NCBI GenBank assembly: GCA_049512975.1
Contig: JBEKWO010000005.1
Location: forward strand, 22,073-86,072
Length of the DNA stretch: 64,000 bases
DNA from: Xanthobacteraceae bacterium
Lineage (GTDB): Bacteria > Pseudomonadota > Alphaproteobacteria > Rhizobiales > Xanthobacteraceae
Direction of reading: 5' to 3'
A program made the position numbers and the translations under genes. The first letter of the stretch is position 1; each line of letters starts with the position of its first letter. Shown piece after piece: positions 30,761 to 43,228 of this stretch. The notes under the pieces are model-generated. The model did no database searches and was not told the origin of the DNA. It saw only the letters and a program-made list of their open reading frames with translations.

Positions 30761-31156
30761 ATGGATGCATACCGAGGTCGCAAGTTGCTCCGTAGGATCG
30801 TCACCTTTGTCGTCCTGGTGCCGCTCGCCGTCATCATCATCGCCTTTGCGGTGGCGAACCGCCATGGCGTCACGGTTTCGTTCGATCCGTTCAACGCCAA
30901 TGCGCCGGCCGCAGCGGTGACGCTGCCGCTGTTCGCGCTGGTCATCCTTTTGCTCATTTTCGGCGTGCTGATCGGCGGCTTGGCGGTATGGCTACGGCAA
31001 GGCCGGTGGCGGCAGGCCGCACGCCGCCTCGAGCGCGAACTGCAGCATCTGCGCGGAAAAGTCGCCGCGCTTGAAGGTGCGCAAACCGAGCCCACCGTCG
31101 TGCCGAAAGAGAGCGAGCCTCCGCCGCACCTGCGGCTGCGGCCGCCGGTCCGATAG
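30761..31156 (+). CDS. LapA-domain (DUF1049) inner-membrane protein
   Basis: 131 aa with two TM helices followed by a coiled coil. It has the usual position between ihfB and trpF. Confidence 0.7.
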   Translation: MDAYRGRKLLRRIVTFVVLVPLAVIIIAFAVANRHGVTVSFDPFNANAPAAAVTLPLFALVILLLIFGVLIGGLAVWLRQGRWRQAARRLERELQHLRGKVAALEGAQTEPTVVPKESEPPPHLRLRPPVR

Positions 31157-31222
31157 CCATCGCGGCTCTTGCGCAAGACAAAGCTCGCGCGGCGATGTAG
31201 AACCGCGGCGCAGGAACAGGCG

Positions 31223-31903
31223 ATGTCACCGATCGTTAAAATTTGCGGCCTTTCGACCCCGGACGCCCTCGATGTCGCACTCGAAGCCGGGGCCGATATG
31301 GTCGGCTTCGTGTTCTTCCCGCCGTCGCCGCGTCATCTCGCATTCGCGGCGGCGCGGATGCTTTCCGCGCGCGTGCGTGGTCGGGCGCAAAAGGTGGCGC
31401 TCACGGTCGACGCCGACGATGCGCTGCTCGAAGCGGTAGCAGAAGCCTTGCGGCCGGACCTGCTGCAGCTTCACGGCAAGGAGCCGCCCGCCCGCGTCGC
31501 GGCCCTCAAAAAACGCTTCGGCCTGCCGGTCATGAAGGCGATCGCGGTTGCGGCGAGGGACGATGTTGCCGCGGCGGCTTCCTACGTTGCGGTCGCCGAC
31601 CGCCTGCTGTTCGACGCCCAGGCACCGCGCGAAGCGACCCGTCCCGGCGGTCTTGGCCGGCCGTTCGACTGGCGGCTTCTGGAAAATCTCGATGCCGGCC
31701 TGCCGTTCATGCTGTCCGGCGGACTCGATGCCGGCAATGTCGGCGAAGCTCTGCGCATCACCGGGGCGCCGGCCGTCGATGTGTCTTCGGGCGTCGAGCG
31801 CGGACCGGGACAGAAAGACCCGGATAAGATCCGGACCTTTGTGCGCGCGGCCCGCGATGCCGCCGCCCGTCTTGCCGCCAAGCCAGTGACGAGTCCGGCA
31901 TGA
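31223..31903 (+). CDS. trpF: phosphoribosylanthranilate isomerase
   Basis: [38 protein letters not shown].... It has an ATGA overlap with trpB. Confidence 0.9.
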   Translation: MSPIVKICGLSTPDALDVALEAGADMVGFVFFPPSPRHLAFAAARMLSARVRGRAQKVALTVDADDALLEAVAEALRPDLLQLHGKEPPARVAALKKRFGLPVMKAIAVAARDDVAAAASYVAVADRLLFDAQAPREATRPGGLGRPFDWRLLENLDAGLPFMLSGGLDAGNVGEALRITGAPAVDVSSGVERGPGQKDPDKIRTFVRAARDAAARLAAKPVTSPA

Positions 31904-33120
31904 CCGTGCAGCAACCCAACTCGTTCCGCACCGGGCCGGACGACAACGGGCACTTCGGCATTTATGGCGGCCGTTTCGTCGCCGAAACGCTGATGCCGTT
32001 GATCCTCGAACTGGAGAAAGCTTACGCGCAAGCGAAAGCCGATCCACAATTCCAGAAAGAGATGGACGGCTACCTCGCGCACTACGTCGGCCGGCCGTCG
32101 CCGCTCTACTTTGCCGAGCGGCTTTCCGCGCACTGCGGCGGCGCCAAAATCTATCTCAAGCGCGAGGAGCTCAATCACACCGGCGCGCACAAGGTCAACA
32201 ACGTGCTCGGGCAGATCCTGGTGGCGCGGCGCATGGGCAAGAAGCGCATCATCGCCGAGACCGGCGCCGGCATGCACGGGGTGGCGACCGCGACGCTGTG
32301 CGCGCGCTTCGGGCTGGAATGCATCGTTTATATGGGCTCGGTCGACGTCGAGCGGCAGAAGGCGAACGTCTTTCGCATGAACATGCTCGGCGCCAAGGTG
32401 GTGCCCGTCGAGTCCGGATCGAAGACGCTCAAGGACGCGATGAACGAGGCGCTGCGCGACTGGGTGACCAACGTCGAGAATACGTTCTATTGCATCGGCA
32501 CCGTCGCCGGGCCGCACCCGTACCCGATGATGGTGCGCGACTTCCAATCGATCATCGGCCGCGAGACCCGCGAGCAGATGCTTGCGGCCGAGGGTCGGCT
32601 GCCGGATTCGCTGATTGCCTGCATCGGTGGCGGCTCGAATGCGATGGGCCTGTTTCATCCGTTCCTCGACGAGAAAGAGATCGAGATCTATGGCGTCGAG
32701 GCTGCCGGCCATGGTCTCAAAAGCGGCCAGCACGCCGCCTCGATCGCCGGGGGGCGGCCCGGCGTGCTGCACGGCAATCGCACCTATCTCCTCATGAACG
32801 AGGACGGGCAGATCAACGAAGCGCATTCGATCTCGGCCGGTCTCGATTATCCCGGCGTCGGCCCCGAACACGCATGGCTCAACGATGTCGGCCGCGTCAC
32901 CTTCCTCTCGGCCACGGATGACGAGGCGCTCAACGCCTTCCAGCTCCTCTCCAAGCTCGAAGGCATCATCCCGGCGCTGGAGCCGGCGCACGCCATCGCC
33001 AAGGTGCTCGACCTGGCGCCGCAAAAGCCCAAGGATCACCTGATGGTGGTCAATCTCTCCGGCCGCGGCGACAAGGATCTCGATACGGTCGCGCGGCACT
33101 TGGGTGGCAAAGGGCGATGA
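31900..33120 (+). CDS. trpB: tryptophan synthase beta chain
   Basis: ...[15 protein letters not shown]...[12 protein letters not shown]...GGGSNAMG.... Confidence 0.95.
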   Translation: MTVQQPNSFRTGPDDNGHFGIYGGRFVAETLMPLILELEKAYAQAKADPQFQKEMDGYLAHYVGRPSPLYFAERLSAHCGGAKIYLKREELNHTGAHKVNNVLGQILVARRMGKKRIIAETGAGMHGVATATLCARFGLECIVYMGSVDVERQKANVFRMNMLGAKVVPVESGSKTLKDAMNEALRDWVTNVENTFYCIGTVAGPHPYPMMVRDFQSIIGRETREQMLAAEGRLPDSLIACIGGGSNAMGLFHPFLDEKEIEIYGVEAAGHGLKSGQHAASIAGGRPGVLHGNRTYLLMNEDGQINEAHSISAGLDYPGVGPEHAWLNDVGRVTFLSATDDEALNAFQLLSKLEGIIPALEPAHAIAKVLDLAPQKPKDHLMVVNLSGRGDKDLDTVARHLGGKGR

Positions 33121-33974
33121 CCACCCGCATCGATCGCCGCTTCGCCGCGCTCCGGGAAGAAGGCCGCGCCGCGCTGATGACTTTCGTCATGGCCGGCGAC
33201 CCGGATCACGAGACCTCGCTCGCCATTCTCAAGGCGCTGCCGCAGGCCGGCGCCGACCTGATTGAGCTCGGCATGCCGTTCACCGATCCGATGGCGGACG
33301 GGCCCGCGATCCAGGCCGCGGAACTGCGCGCGCTTGCCTCCGGGCAGAACATGAAGCGCACGCTTGCGCTGGTCCGCGACTTCCGCCGCGGCGACGAGGC
33401 GACGCCGATCGTGCTCATGGGCTACTACAATCCGATCTACGTCTACGGGGTCGAGCGTTTTTTGACGGATGCCAAGAGCGCCGGCGTCGACGGGCTGATC
33501 GTCGTCGATCTGCCGCCGGAAGAAGACGACGAATTGTGCCTGCCGGCGCTCAAGGCCGGCTTAAATTTCATCCGCTTGGCGACGCCGACGACCGACGACA
33601 AGCGGCTGCCGGCGGTGCTTAAGAACACGTCGGGCTTCGTCTATTACGTGTCGATCACCGGCATCACCGGCTCTGCGGCGCCGGATAGCGCCAAGGTCGC
33701 GGCAGCGGTCAAGCGCATCAAGCAGCACACCAAGCTTCCGGTCTGCGTCGGCTTCGGCGTGCGCGCAGCCGAACAAGCACGCGCCATTGCGGCGGCCGCC
33801 GATGGCGTCGTGGTCGGCTCGGCGCTGGTCGAAGCGATCCGCAAAAGCCTGAGCGCGGAAGGCAAGGCGACGGCGGCGACCGTCGGCTCGGTGACCGATC
33901 TCGTTCGGACGCTTGCCGAAGGCGTGCTGGAAGCCCGTCATTCCGGCCTCGCGGCCAAAAGCCTGCGCCGCTGA
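33117..33974 (+). CDS. trpA: tryptophan synthase alpha chain
   Basis: ...[21 protein letters not shown]...YVSITGITG.... It has an ATGA overlap with trpB. Confidence 0.93.
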   Translation: MTTRIDRRFAALREEGRAALMTFVMAGDPDHETSLAILKALPQAGADLIELGMPFTDPMADGPAIQAAELRALASGQNMKRTLALVRDFRRGDEATPIVLMGYYNPIYVYGVERFLTDAKSAGVDGLIVVDLPPEEDDELCLPALKAGLNFIRLATPTTDDKRLPAVLKNTSGFVYYVSITGITGSAAPDSAKVAAAVKRIKQHTKLPVCVGFGVRAAEQARAIAAAADGVVVGSALVEAIRKSLSAEGKATAATVGSVTDLVRTLAEGVLEARHSGLAAKSLRR

Positions 33975-33993
33975 CCAGCCGGCGTTGAATTTC

Positions 33994-34029
33994 GCCCCTC
34001 CACTCCACACATTTCATCAGACTGGAGGG
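33994..34029 (+). promoter_or_regulatory. hairpin pairing CCCCTCCA with the hsp20 Shine-Dalgarno region TGGAGGGG (candidate translational control / RNA thermometer)
   Basis: Perfect 8-bp stem with a 20-nt loop. The 3' arm ends 8 nt before the hsp20 ATG (34038). Confidence 0.45.
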
Positions 34030-34037
34030 GAATACCC

Positions 34038-34449
34038 ATGGCCCGTGACGTGGCGCGCGATTGGATGTGGTCGGAGGCGTGCGAGATGCTCGCGCGCGCC
34101 GAGCGCATGCATCGTGAGCTGTTTCGACCCGGCGTCACCCAGGCGCGGCAGCCGGTCTGGGAGCCGCCGGTCGATATTCTAGAGACCGAGTACGAAGTCT
34201 TGGTCCTGGTGGCGCTGCCCGGCGCCGATGCCGAGCAGGCGCAGGCCGTGATCGAGGACGGCGACCTTGTCATCACCGGCGTGCGTACCTATCCGGCCGC
34301 CTTACGCACGGCTGTGATTCATAGGCTCGAACTGCCGCAAGGCCGCTTTTACCGCCGGTTGCAGCTTCCGGCCGGACACTACAGCGCCGTGCGCCGCGCC
34401 GTCGTCGACGGCTGCCTGGTGATCACGTTGCAGAAAGCGGGGCCGAGCC

Positions 34450-34457
<8 letters not shown>
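34038..34457 (+). CDS. Hsp20/alpha-crystallin family small heat-shock protein
   Basis: 139 aa: ...PPVDILETEYEVLVLVALPGA...LVITGVR...LELPQGRFYRRLQLP.... This is an alpha-crystallin domain pattern. Confidence 0.8.
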
Positions 34458-36879
<2,422 letters not shown>

Positions 36880-36930
36880 GCTTTTCAGTCGGCGTCGACC
36901 AACTCCGGCACCCGGCCGGCATGGCGACGG

Positions 36931-37926
36931 TCAAAGCGCGAGCACCTGCGGGTTGACGCAATTGGGCGGCCGCCGGCCGGCAAGAAAGGCGACAATATTA
37001 TCGACGACGAGGTGCGCCATCTGCTCGCGTATTTCGCCGATGGCGCTACCGAGGTGCGGCGTCAGCACGACGTTGGATAATTTGCGCAATTCCTTGCCGA
37101 CCTTGGGCTCGTGCTCGAACACGTCGAGGCCGGCGCCGGCGATCTGCTTGTTGGTCAATGCGCGAATGAGCGCGGCCTCATCGACAATGGCGCCGCGGGC
37201 AGTATTGATCAGATAAGCCGTCTTCTTCATCAGCTTGAGTTCGCGCGCGCCGATCTGATGCCGTGTCTCGCTGTTGAGCGGCGAGTGAATCGAGACGAAA
37301 TCGGATTCGCGCAGCAATTGGTCGAGCGGCACGTAGGTCAATCCCGCCTCGCGTTCTTCGCTTTCCGGCTTGCGGCGCGGCGCCCAGTAGAGCACCCGCA
37401 TGTCGAAACCGCGGGCACGGCGCGCCACCGCCTTGCCGATCAGGCCGCCGCCGCCGACGAGGCCGATCGTCTTGCCGCAGACGAAGGAGCCGAGCAGATA
37501 GCTCGATTGTGCGCCGGGAAATTTGCCGGCGCGCACCAGGCGGTCGCCTTCGACGATCCGCCGCGCCACCGCAAGCATCAGACCGAAAGCGAGATCGGCG
37601 GTGGTCTCGGCGGTGAGCGGCGGCACCACGGTGACGGGAATGCCGCGCGCGGTCGCCGCCGCGACGTCGACATGCGAGGGCGTGATCGATTGCGCGGCGA
37701 TCAGGCGCAGCCGCGGATTGGCGCCGATCACGCCGGCATCGATGCGGTCGTGCAACAGGCAAAACAAAATATCGCAGCGGCGCACGGCGGCGAGCAGCGC
37801 CGGGCGGGGGATGATGCGGCTTGCGTCCGGGTTGACCGTGACGGCCGCGATTTGGCGCAGCCGCGCGACGGCGCTTTTCGCCACCGGCTGGGTGACGAAG
37901 ATGCGCGGGCGTGGCGCGGCGCGCAT
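36931..37926 (-). CDS. D-isomer-specific 2-hydroxyacid dehydrogenase (glyoxylate/hydroxypyruvate reductase-like)
   Basis: GLVGGGGLIGKAVARRA is a Rossmann motif. ...NTARGAIVDE...LDVFEHEP...TPHLGSA.... The ATG at 37926 shares one nt with the upstream TGA. Confidence 0.85.
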   Translation of the reverse strand: MRAAPRPRIFVTQPVAKSAVARLRQIAAVTVNPDASRIIPRPALLAAVRRCDILFCLLHDRIDAGVIGANPRLRLIAAQSITPSHVDVAAATARGIPVTVVPPLTAETTADLAFGLMLAVARRIVEGDRLVRAGKFPGAQSSYLLGSFVCGKTIGLVGGGGLIGKAVARRARGFDMRVLYWAPRRKPESEEREAGLTYVPLDQLLRESDFVSIHSPLNSETRHQIGARELKLMKKTAYLINTARGAIVDEAALIRALTNKQIAGAGLDVFEHEPKVGKELRKLSNVVLTPHLGSAIGEIREQMAHLVVDNIVAFLAGRRPPNCVNPQVLAL

Positions 37927-39215
37927 CAAGCGAGCCAGCGCACGATGCCGGCAACGCCGTCGACGGCGACCTGGGCGCCGTCGGGAATGCGTTGCGTCGC
38001 GTCAAGCACGCCGAGCACCATCGGAATACCACGCTCGCGCGCCAGCGAGGCGAGGTGCGAGGTCGAGCCGCCGAGCTCGGCGACGACACCGGCGACGCGC
38101 GGCAGGATATGGCTCAGCGCCGGACCGGCGACGCGGGTGACGAGAATGTCGCCGGGCGCGACGCGGCTGAGCTCGCATTCGCAATTCACCACCACGGCGC
38201 GGCCGGAGCCCCAGCCGATGCCGGCGGGATGGCCATTGAGGCCGGGATGCTTGAGCCAGATTTCGTCCGGCACGTGCGCGGGCGCAACGCGCAGCGGCCG
38301 CGCCTGCAGGAGCTTGAAGCCGGTCGCGTCGAGCGCCCACTCGACTTCGACCGGCATGCCGAGCACGCTTTCGGTCTTGCGCATGAGCCGGCCGAGCGCG
38401 GTAGCCTGGCCGGCCTCGAGGCAAGGCGCGTGCACCAGAGCTTCGGGCACCGCCTGCGGCTGCGCGCCGGCGCCGTGCACGCAGATTTCGCGGTGGTGCT
38501 TGCGCCCGCTGTCCATCGTGCGCAGAAAGCCCGCCCGGCTGAGCACGATGCGGTCCGGCACTACTTCGCCTTGTGCGATCGCGGAGCCGAGCCCCCAGGT
38601 CGCGCTGATCAGCATGTGGCCGTCGGCGGTCTCGCTCAAGCCGCCGCCCGAGGCGGTCGCGGCGATCAGCGGCTGAATGAGCACGGCCATCGCGGTGCCG
38701 GCCGGAGCGAGGCCGTGCTGCGCCATCGAGCGCCGCGCGTTGCTGGTCCACAGTGCCGCCCAGCAGGCGCGCAACGCGGTCAAGAATTCCGTCTCGTCGC
38801 TGATGCCGAGGAAACTTTCGAACTGGCCGGCAAAGCTGGTATCGGCGCGATCCTCGACCAGCGCCGAGGAGCGCACCGCGAGCGGCTTTGGTTGATCGCG
38901 CCAGGCCGCCAGGATTTCCGCTGAAAGCTCCGGCGCGAGGTCGCCCTGATAAAGCTTGAGCCGGATCTCGACGGCGAGCCGGCGTTGCAGCGGCGGGTCC
39001 GCGTCGGCGTAATCGCGCACCACGTCTGCTAGACCAAGATGAGCGATCTGCCGCCGATAAGCCGCCGCGGTGAGACAGCAACCGCCTGGCGTCGGCAGCC
39101 CCGCCTGCGCCAGCGCCGCCAGATTCGCGGCCTTCGGTCCGGCGCGCTCGGCATCGGCCGTGGCAGGGTCGGAGAGTGGAAGGAGGAAACGCATCATACC
39201 AGAGCTCGACGTCAC
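37926..39215 (-). CDS. PEP/pyruvate-binding (PPDK_N ATP-grasp) plus PEP-utilizer swivel-His domain protein, lacking a C-terminal TIM-barrel domain
   Basis: The N-terminus GPKAANLAALAQAGLPTPGG...VRSSALVEDRADTSFAGQFESFLG is ATP-grasp-like. The C-terminus ILVTRVAGPALSHILPRVAGVVAELGGSTSHLASLARERGIPMVLGV is the mobile His domain. Confidence 0.75.
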   Translation of the reverse strand: MTSSSGMMRFLLPLSDPATADAERAGPKAANLAALAQAGLPTPGGCCLTAAAYRRQIAHLGLADVVRDYADADPPLQRRLAVEIRLKLYQGDLAPELSAEILAAWRDQPKPLAVRSSALVEDRADTSFAGQFESFLGISDETEFLTALRACWAALWTSNARRSMAQHGLAPAGTAMAVLIQPLIAATASGGGLSETADGHMLISATWGLGSAIAQGEVVPDRIVLSRAGFLRTMDSGRKHHREICVHGAGAQPQAVPEALVHAPCLEAGQATALGRLMRKTESVLGMPVEVEWALDATGFKLLQARPLRVAPAHVPDEIWLKHPGLNGHPAGIGWGSGRAVVVNCECELSRVAPGDILVTRVAGPALSHILPRVAGVVAELGGSTSHLASLARERGIPMVLGVLDATQRIPDGAQVAVDGVAGIVRWLA

Positions 39216-40480
39216 TTCACATGGTCGCCGTAGCCGGGAAGCGGATCGACCACAGTGATTTGTTTGACCGGGAAGTTGGACACGATCTCGATCGAATCCT
39301 TTTGCACGATCAGCATTTCCTCGATGCGCACGCCGTAGCGGAATTTCTTGCCGTGCTGGGTCTCGAGCGCAAAGGTCATGCCCTCCTTGATCTCGACCGG
39401 ATGATCGAGCGACCAGATGCGCGAGATCACCGGCTGGTCATATTGCGCCAGCCCGAGCCCGTGGCCCCACAGGTTGGCCGCCGCCTGGTCTTCGTCCTCG
39501 TAGCCCCAGGTCTCCATCGCCGAGGGCCATTGCAGCGCGATGTCGCGGGTGGTGGCGCCGACTTTCACCGCGCCGATCGAATCGTACAGCCACTTCAGCG
39601 CGATCTCGTAGGTGTCCTTCTGCTCCTGGGTCGGTTCCTTGCCGACGCAATAGGTGCGGTAATAGCAGGACTTGTAGCCGTTCCAGGTCAGCGCCGCCAA
39701 ATCCATGAACACGATGTCGCCGGGCTGGATGATGCGGTCGGAAAAATTGCGCCAATTCGGCCAGGTGTTCGGGCCGGAGGAGACGATGACGTCCTCGACG
39801 TCCTCCATGCCGGCGAAATTGTAGAGATATTGCATCAGGTGCGCCGTCACCTGGTTCTCGGTGATGCCGGGGCGCAGGAATTTCATGCACTCCCAGTGCG
39901 TGGCGTCGCCGATGGCGCCGACAATGCGCATGCATTCCTGCTCGTCGACGTTCTTGACCGCGCGCGCCTCCATCATCGGCGTCATGCCGTCGACCCAGGC
40001 GATGTTTTTCTCCTTGAAGATGGTGAGCATGTTGATGTCGATGAAATCGACGCCGAGCTTTTGCCCGGCGACACCGTGACGCTTCATCTCTTCGAGGACG
40101 GCGTTGCTGAACTTGGTCACCTGCTGGGTCGAGGCCGGCCCGGCCGCGCCCTTGATCCAGGCGAAGGAGTGGCGGACGTTTTCCTTCGGCAGCCACGGCG
40201 AATGCCGCTCGATCTGGAAGCCGAGGTCGCCCTGCTCGAACAGGATCGGCGCGCCGTCGCCGCAGAGCATGGCATAGCGCAGCCCCGGCTTCAGCCGGTT
40301 CCAGCCCGGCGTCAGCGTGCCGGTCAGGTAGCGCACGTTCTCGTCGTACATGCAGAGCATGGCGCCAAGGCCGTGCTTTTTCATCATCGCGCGGGCGCGC
40401 TCGGTGCGGTAGTTGCGCAGCCGGTCCCAATTGACCCGCTGCTGCCAGTCCATGCCGACGGTGCCGAAATTCGCTCCCAT
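39212..40480 (-). CDS. M24-family metallopeptidase-fold protein (Xaa-Pro peptidase/creatinase/DddP-like)
   Basis: 422 aa. The pita-bread region GDIVFMDLAALTWNGYKSCYYRTY...GHGLGL...EEMLIV carries the metal-ligand pattern. Confidence 0.7.
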   Translation of the reverse strand: MGANFGTVGMDWQQRVNWDRLRNYRTERARAMMKKHGLGAMLCMYDENVRYLTGTLTPGWNRLKPGLRYAMLCGDGAPILFEQGDLGFQIERHSPWLPKENVRHSFAWIKGAAGPASTQQVTKFSNAVLEEMKRHGVAGQKLGVDFIDINMLTIFKEKNIAWVDGMTPMMEARAVKNVDEQECMRIVGAIGDATHWECMKFLRPGITENQVTAHLMQYLYNFAGMEDVEDVIVSSGPNTWPNWRNFSDRIIQPGDIVFMDLAALTWNGYKSCYYRTYCVGKEPTQEQKDTYEIALKWLYDSIGAVKVGATTRDIALQWPSAMETWGYEDEDQAAANLWGHGLGLAQYDQPVISRIWSLDHPVEIKEGMTFALETQHGKKFRYGVRIEEMLIVQKDSIEIVSNFPVKQITVVDPLPGYGDHVK

Positions 40481-40517
40481 GGCGTTCTCCCGCTGCGTGT
40501 TCCAGGGCTTGCTACGT

Positions 40518-41369
40518 TCACATCCTAAACTTCACGATCTTCTGCTGTTGCTCGCCGAGCCCGTCGATGCCGAGCCGCACCACGTCGCCGGCGCGCAAGT
40601 ATTTCGGCTCCGGCTTGAAGCCCATGCCGACGCCGGGCGGTGTGCCGGTGATGATGACGTCGCCCGGCTCCAGCACGAAGAACTGCGAGCAGTACCAGAC
40701 CAGATGCGCGACGCCGAACACCATGTTGCGGGTGGTGCCCTTCTGCCTACTCTCGCCGTTGACCGTGAGCCACATATCGAGCCGCTGCGGGTCCCTGATC
40801 TCGTCCTTGGTGACCAGCCACGGCCCGAGCGGACCGAAGGTCTCGCAGCCCTTGCCCTTGGTGAATTGGCCGACGCGCTCGAGCTGAAAGACGCGCTCGG
40901 AGACGTCGTTGGCGAGGCAATAGCCGGCGACCGCCTCCATCGCCTTGTTCTTGGCCAGATAACGCGCGCGGCTGCCGATGACGACGCCGAGCTCGACTTC
41001 GTAGTCGAGCTTGGTCGAGCCTTTCGGAATCACGGTGTCGTCGTTCGGCCCGCAAATGCAGCTCGGCGCCTTATTGAAGATCAGCGGCTCCGTCGGCAAC
41101 GGCATGCCGGCTTCGGCGGCGTGGTCGGCATAATTGAGCCCGATGGCGATGTAATTGCCGACCTTGCCGGCGCAGGCGCCGAGCCGCGGCGTGCCGCGAA
41201 CAAGCGGCAGCGTGTCGGGCTTGAGCTTGCGCAGTTTGGCGAGGCCCTTGGGCGACAGCACGTCGCCGGCGATGTCCGGCACGATTTTCGACAGATCGCG
41301 GATGCGCCCTTGGGCATCGAGCATGCCGGGTTTTTCCCGGCCGGGCGCGCCGTAGCGGACGAGTTTCAT
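40518..41369 (-). CDS. fumarylacetoacetate hydrolase (FAH) family protein
   Basis: 283 aa: ...DYEVELGVVIG...NDVSER...KGKGCETFGPLGPWLVT...GDVIITGTPPGVG.... Confidence 0.88.
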   Translation of the reverse strand: MKLVRYGAPGREKPGMLDAQGRIRDLSKIVPDIAGDVLSPKGLAKLRKLKPDTLPLVRGTPRLGACAGKVGNYIAIGLNYADHAAEAGMPLPTEPLIFNKAPSCICGPNDDTVIPKGSTKLDYEVELGVVIGSRARYLAKNKAMEAVAGYCLANDVSERVFQLERVGQFTKGKGCETFGPLGPWLVTKDEIRDPQRLDMWLTVNGESRQKGTTRNMVFGVAHLVWYCSQFFVLEPGDVIITGTPPGVGMGFKPEPKYLRAGDVVRLGIDGLGEQQQKIVKFRM

Positions 41370-41417
41370 CGGGATACTCCTTGTCTGGACGCGACCGTGG
41401 CGAGCACGCGCCGGTTG

Positions 41418-42197
41418 TCAGAACGCGCCGGGGAATGCGCCGCCGTCGATGAGCAGGTTCTGGCCGGTGATATAGCCGGCTTGCGCCGAGCAGAGGAAGG
41501 CGCAGGCGGCACCGAACTCGGCGGGATCGCCGACGCGCCGCGCCGGAACCGTGGCAACGCGCTCGGCCATGACGGCTTCCTCGCTGATGCCTTTCGTCTT
41601 CATCGTTGTCTCAACGTAGGAGCGCAAGCGGTCGGTCGCAAAGGCTCCGGGCAGCAGGAAATTGATGGTGACGTTCGATGCAGCGACGCTGCGCGCGACG
41701 CCGGCGAGGAAGGAGGTGAGGCCGGCGCGGGCGCCGGACGACAGGTCGAGCCCTACGAGCGGCATCTTCACCGAGAACGAGGTGATGTTGACGATGCGGC
41801 CGAATTTTTTAGCGATCATCGGGTCGATGGCTTTCTGGATCAGTTCCACCGCCACGATCATGTTGGCGACGACGCCGTCGAGCATCTTTTGCCGGTCGAG
41901 TTCGCGGAAGTCGCGGAAGGGCGGGCCGGCATTGTTGTTGACCAGGATATCCGGCTCGGGGCAGGCCGCGAACAACGCCTTCTGCCCGTCGGCCGAGGCG
42001 ACGTCGGCCGCGACGGCAGTGATCTTAGCGCCCGTCGCTTGGCGGAGTTCCGCGGCGGTCGCGGCGACGCGGTCGCCGTCGCGGCCGTTGATCACGACGT
42101 CGCAGCCGGCCTGCGCCAGCGCCGTGGCGCAGGCGCGCCCGAGCCCGCGGCTCGAGGCGCAGACGATGGCCTTGCGGCCGGCTATTCCAAGGTCCAT
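41418..42197 (-). CDS. SDR family oxidoreductase
   Basis: MDLGIAGRKAIVCASSRGLGRACA.... An NNAG motif is present. Start is at the ATG at 42197. Confidence 0.85.
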   Translation of the reverse strand: MDLGIAGRKAIVCASSRGLGRACATALAQAGCDVVINGRDGDRVAATAAELRQATGAKITAVAADVASADGQKALFAACPEPDILVNNNAGPPFRDFRELDRQKMLDGVVANMIVAVELIQKAIDPMIAKKFGRIVNITSFSVKMPLVGLDLSSGARAGLTSFLAGVARSVAASNVTINFLLPGAFATDRLRSYVETTMKTKGISEEAVMAERVATVPARRVGDPAEFGAACAFLCSAQAGYITGQNLLIDGGAFPGAF

Positions 42198-42228
42198 GCC
42201 TAACCTCCCCAAATATTTTTTACGGCGC

Positions 42229-43122
42229 TTACGGCCATTTCACCACCGGCGGCATCGAAGAAAGAATCGACTCGACATTGCCGCCGGTGCGCAGGCCAAA
42301 GACCGTGCCCCGGTCGTAGAGCAGATTGAACTCGACGTAACGTCCGCGCTGCACGAGTTGTTCCTCGCGCTCGGCTTCGGTCCAGGGCTTGTTGAAATTT
42401 CTGCGCACCAACTCGGGGTAGATGCCGAGGAAAGCGCGGCCGACTTCCTGAGTGAAGGCGAAATCGGCCTCGAAGTCGCCGCTATCGAGCCAATCGTAGA
42501 AGATGCCGCCGATGCCGCGCGCTTCGCCGCGGTGTTTCAGAAAAAAATACTCGTCGCACCACGCCTTGAATTTATCGTATGGGGCGACCGCGGCATGGGC
42601 ATTGCAGGCGGCCTGCATCGCGGCGTGGAAGGCGATCGTGTCGGGATCGTCCTGGGTGCGGCGGCGCGCCAGCACCGGCGTCAGGTCGGCGCCGCCGCCG
42701 AACCACGATTTGGTGGTGACGACGAAGCGCGTGTTCATGTGCGCCGCCGGCACGTGCGGATTGTGCGGATGCGCGATCAGTGAAATGCCGGTGGCGAAAA
42801 AGCGGGGGTCGTCGGCGACTCCGGGTATGTGGTTGCGGAATTCCGGGGCGAACTCGCCGAACACGGTCGAGACGTGGACGCCGACTTTTTCGAACACGCG
42901 GCCTTTCATCATCGCCATGACGCCGCCGCCACCCGGCGTGCCGCGGTGATCGGTGCGGTTCCAGGGCTTGCGCACAAAGCGGCCGGCGGCGCGATCCGCC
43001 AGCGGTGCGCCGGCGGGCAGGGCGTCCTCCAGCTCCTCGAAGGCGGCCACGATCCGATCGCGCAGCGTTTCGAACCAGGCGCGGGCGCGGTCTTTCCGCG
43101 TTTCGATCAGGTTGGCGTCCAT
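42229..43122 (-). CDS. hemF: oxygen-dependent coproporphyrinogen III oxidase
   Basis: ...[23 protein letters not shown]...[17 protein letters not shown]...[10 protein letters not shown]...[13 protein letters not shown].... Confidence 0.93.
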   Translation of the reverse strand: MDANLIETRKDRARAWFETLRDRIVAAFEELEDALPAGAPLADRAAGRFVRKPWNRTDHRGTPGGGGVMAMMKGRVFEKVGVHVSTVFGEFAPEFRNHIPGVADDPRFFATGISLIAHPHNPHVPAAHMNTRFVVTTKSWFGGGADLTPVLARRRTQDDPDTIAFHAAMQAACNAHAAVAPYDKFKAWCDEYFFLKHRGEARGIGGIFYDWLDSGDFEADFAFTQEVGRAFLGIYPELVRRNFNKPWTEAEREEQLVQRGRYVEFNLLYDRGTVFGLRTGGNVESILSSMPPVVKWP

Positions 43123-43228
43123 CGGTCGGTTTGAGGTTCGCACGGCTTGCAGCGTCGCGGTACAACTGCTCGCGGGCCTTGTCCAGAATGTCACATTCCT
43201 GCGCGACTATACTGATCTTTCCAGCCGC

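Noticed and set aside
31582-33099. 505-aa minus-strand ORF
   Set aside because: It is antisense to trpB. It is a shadow ORF.
40413-42203. 596-aa plus-strand ORF
   Set aside because: It is antisense to the FAH-family and SDR genes. Its composition is Arg/Ala/Gly-rich.
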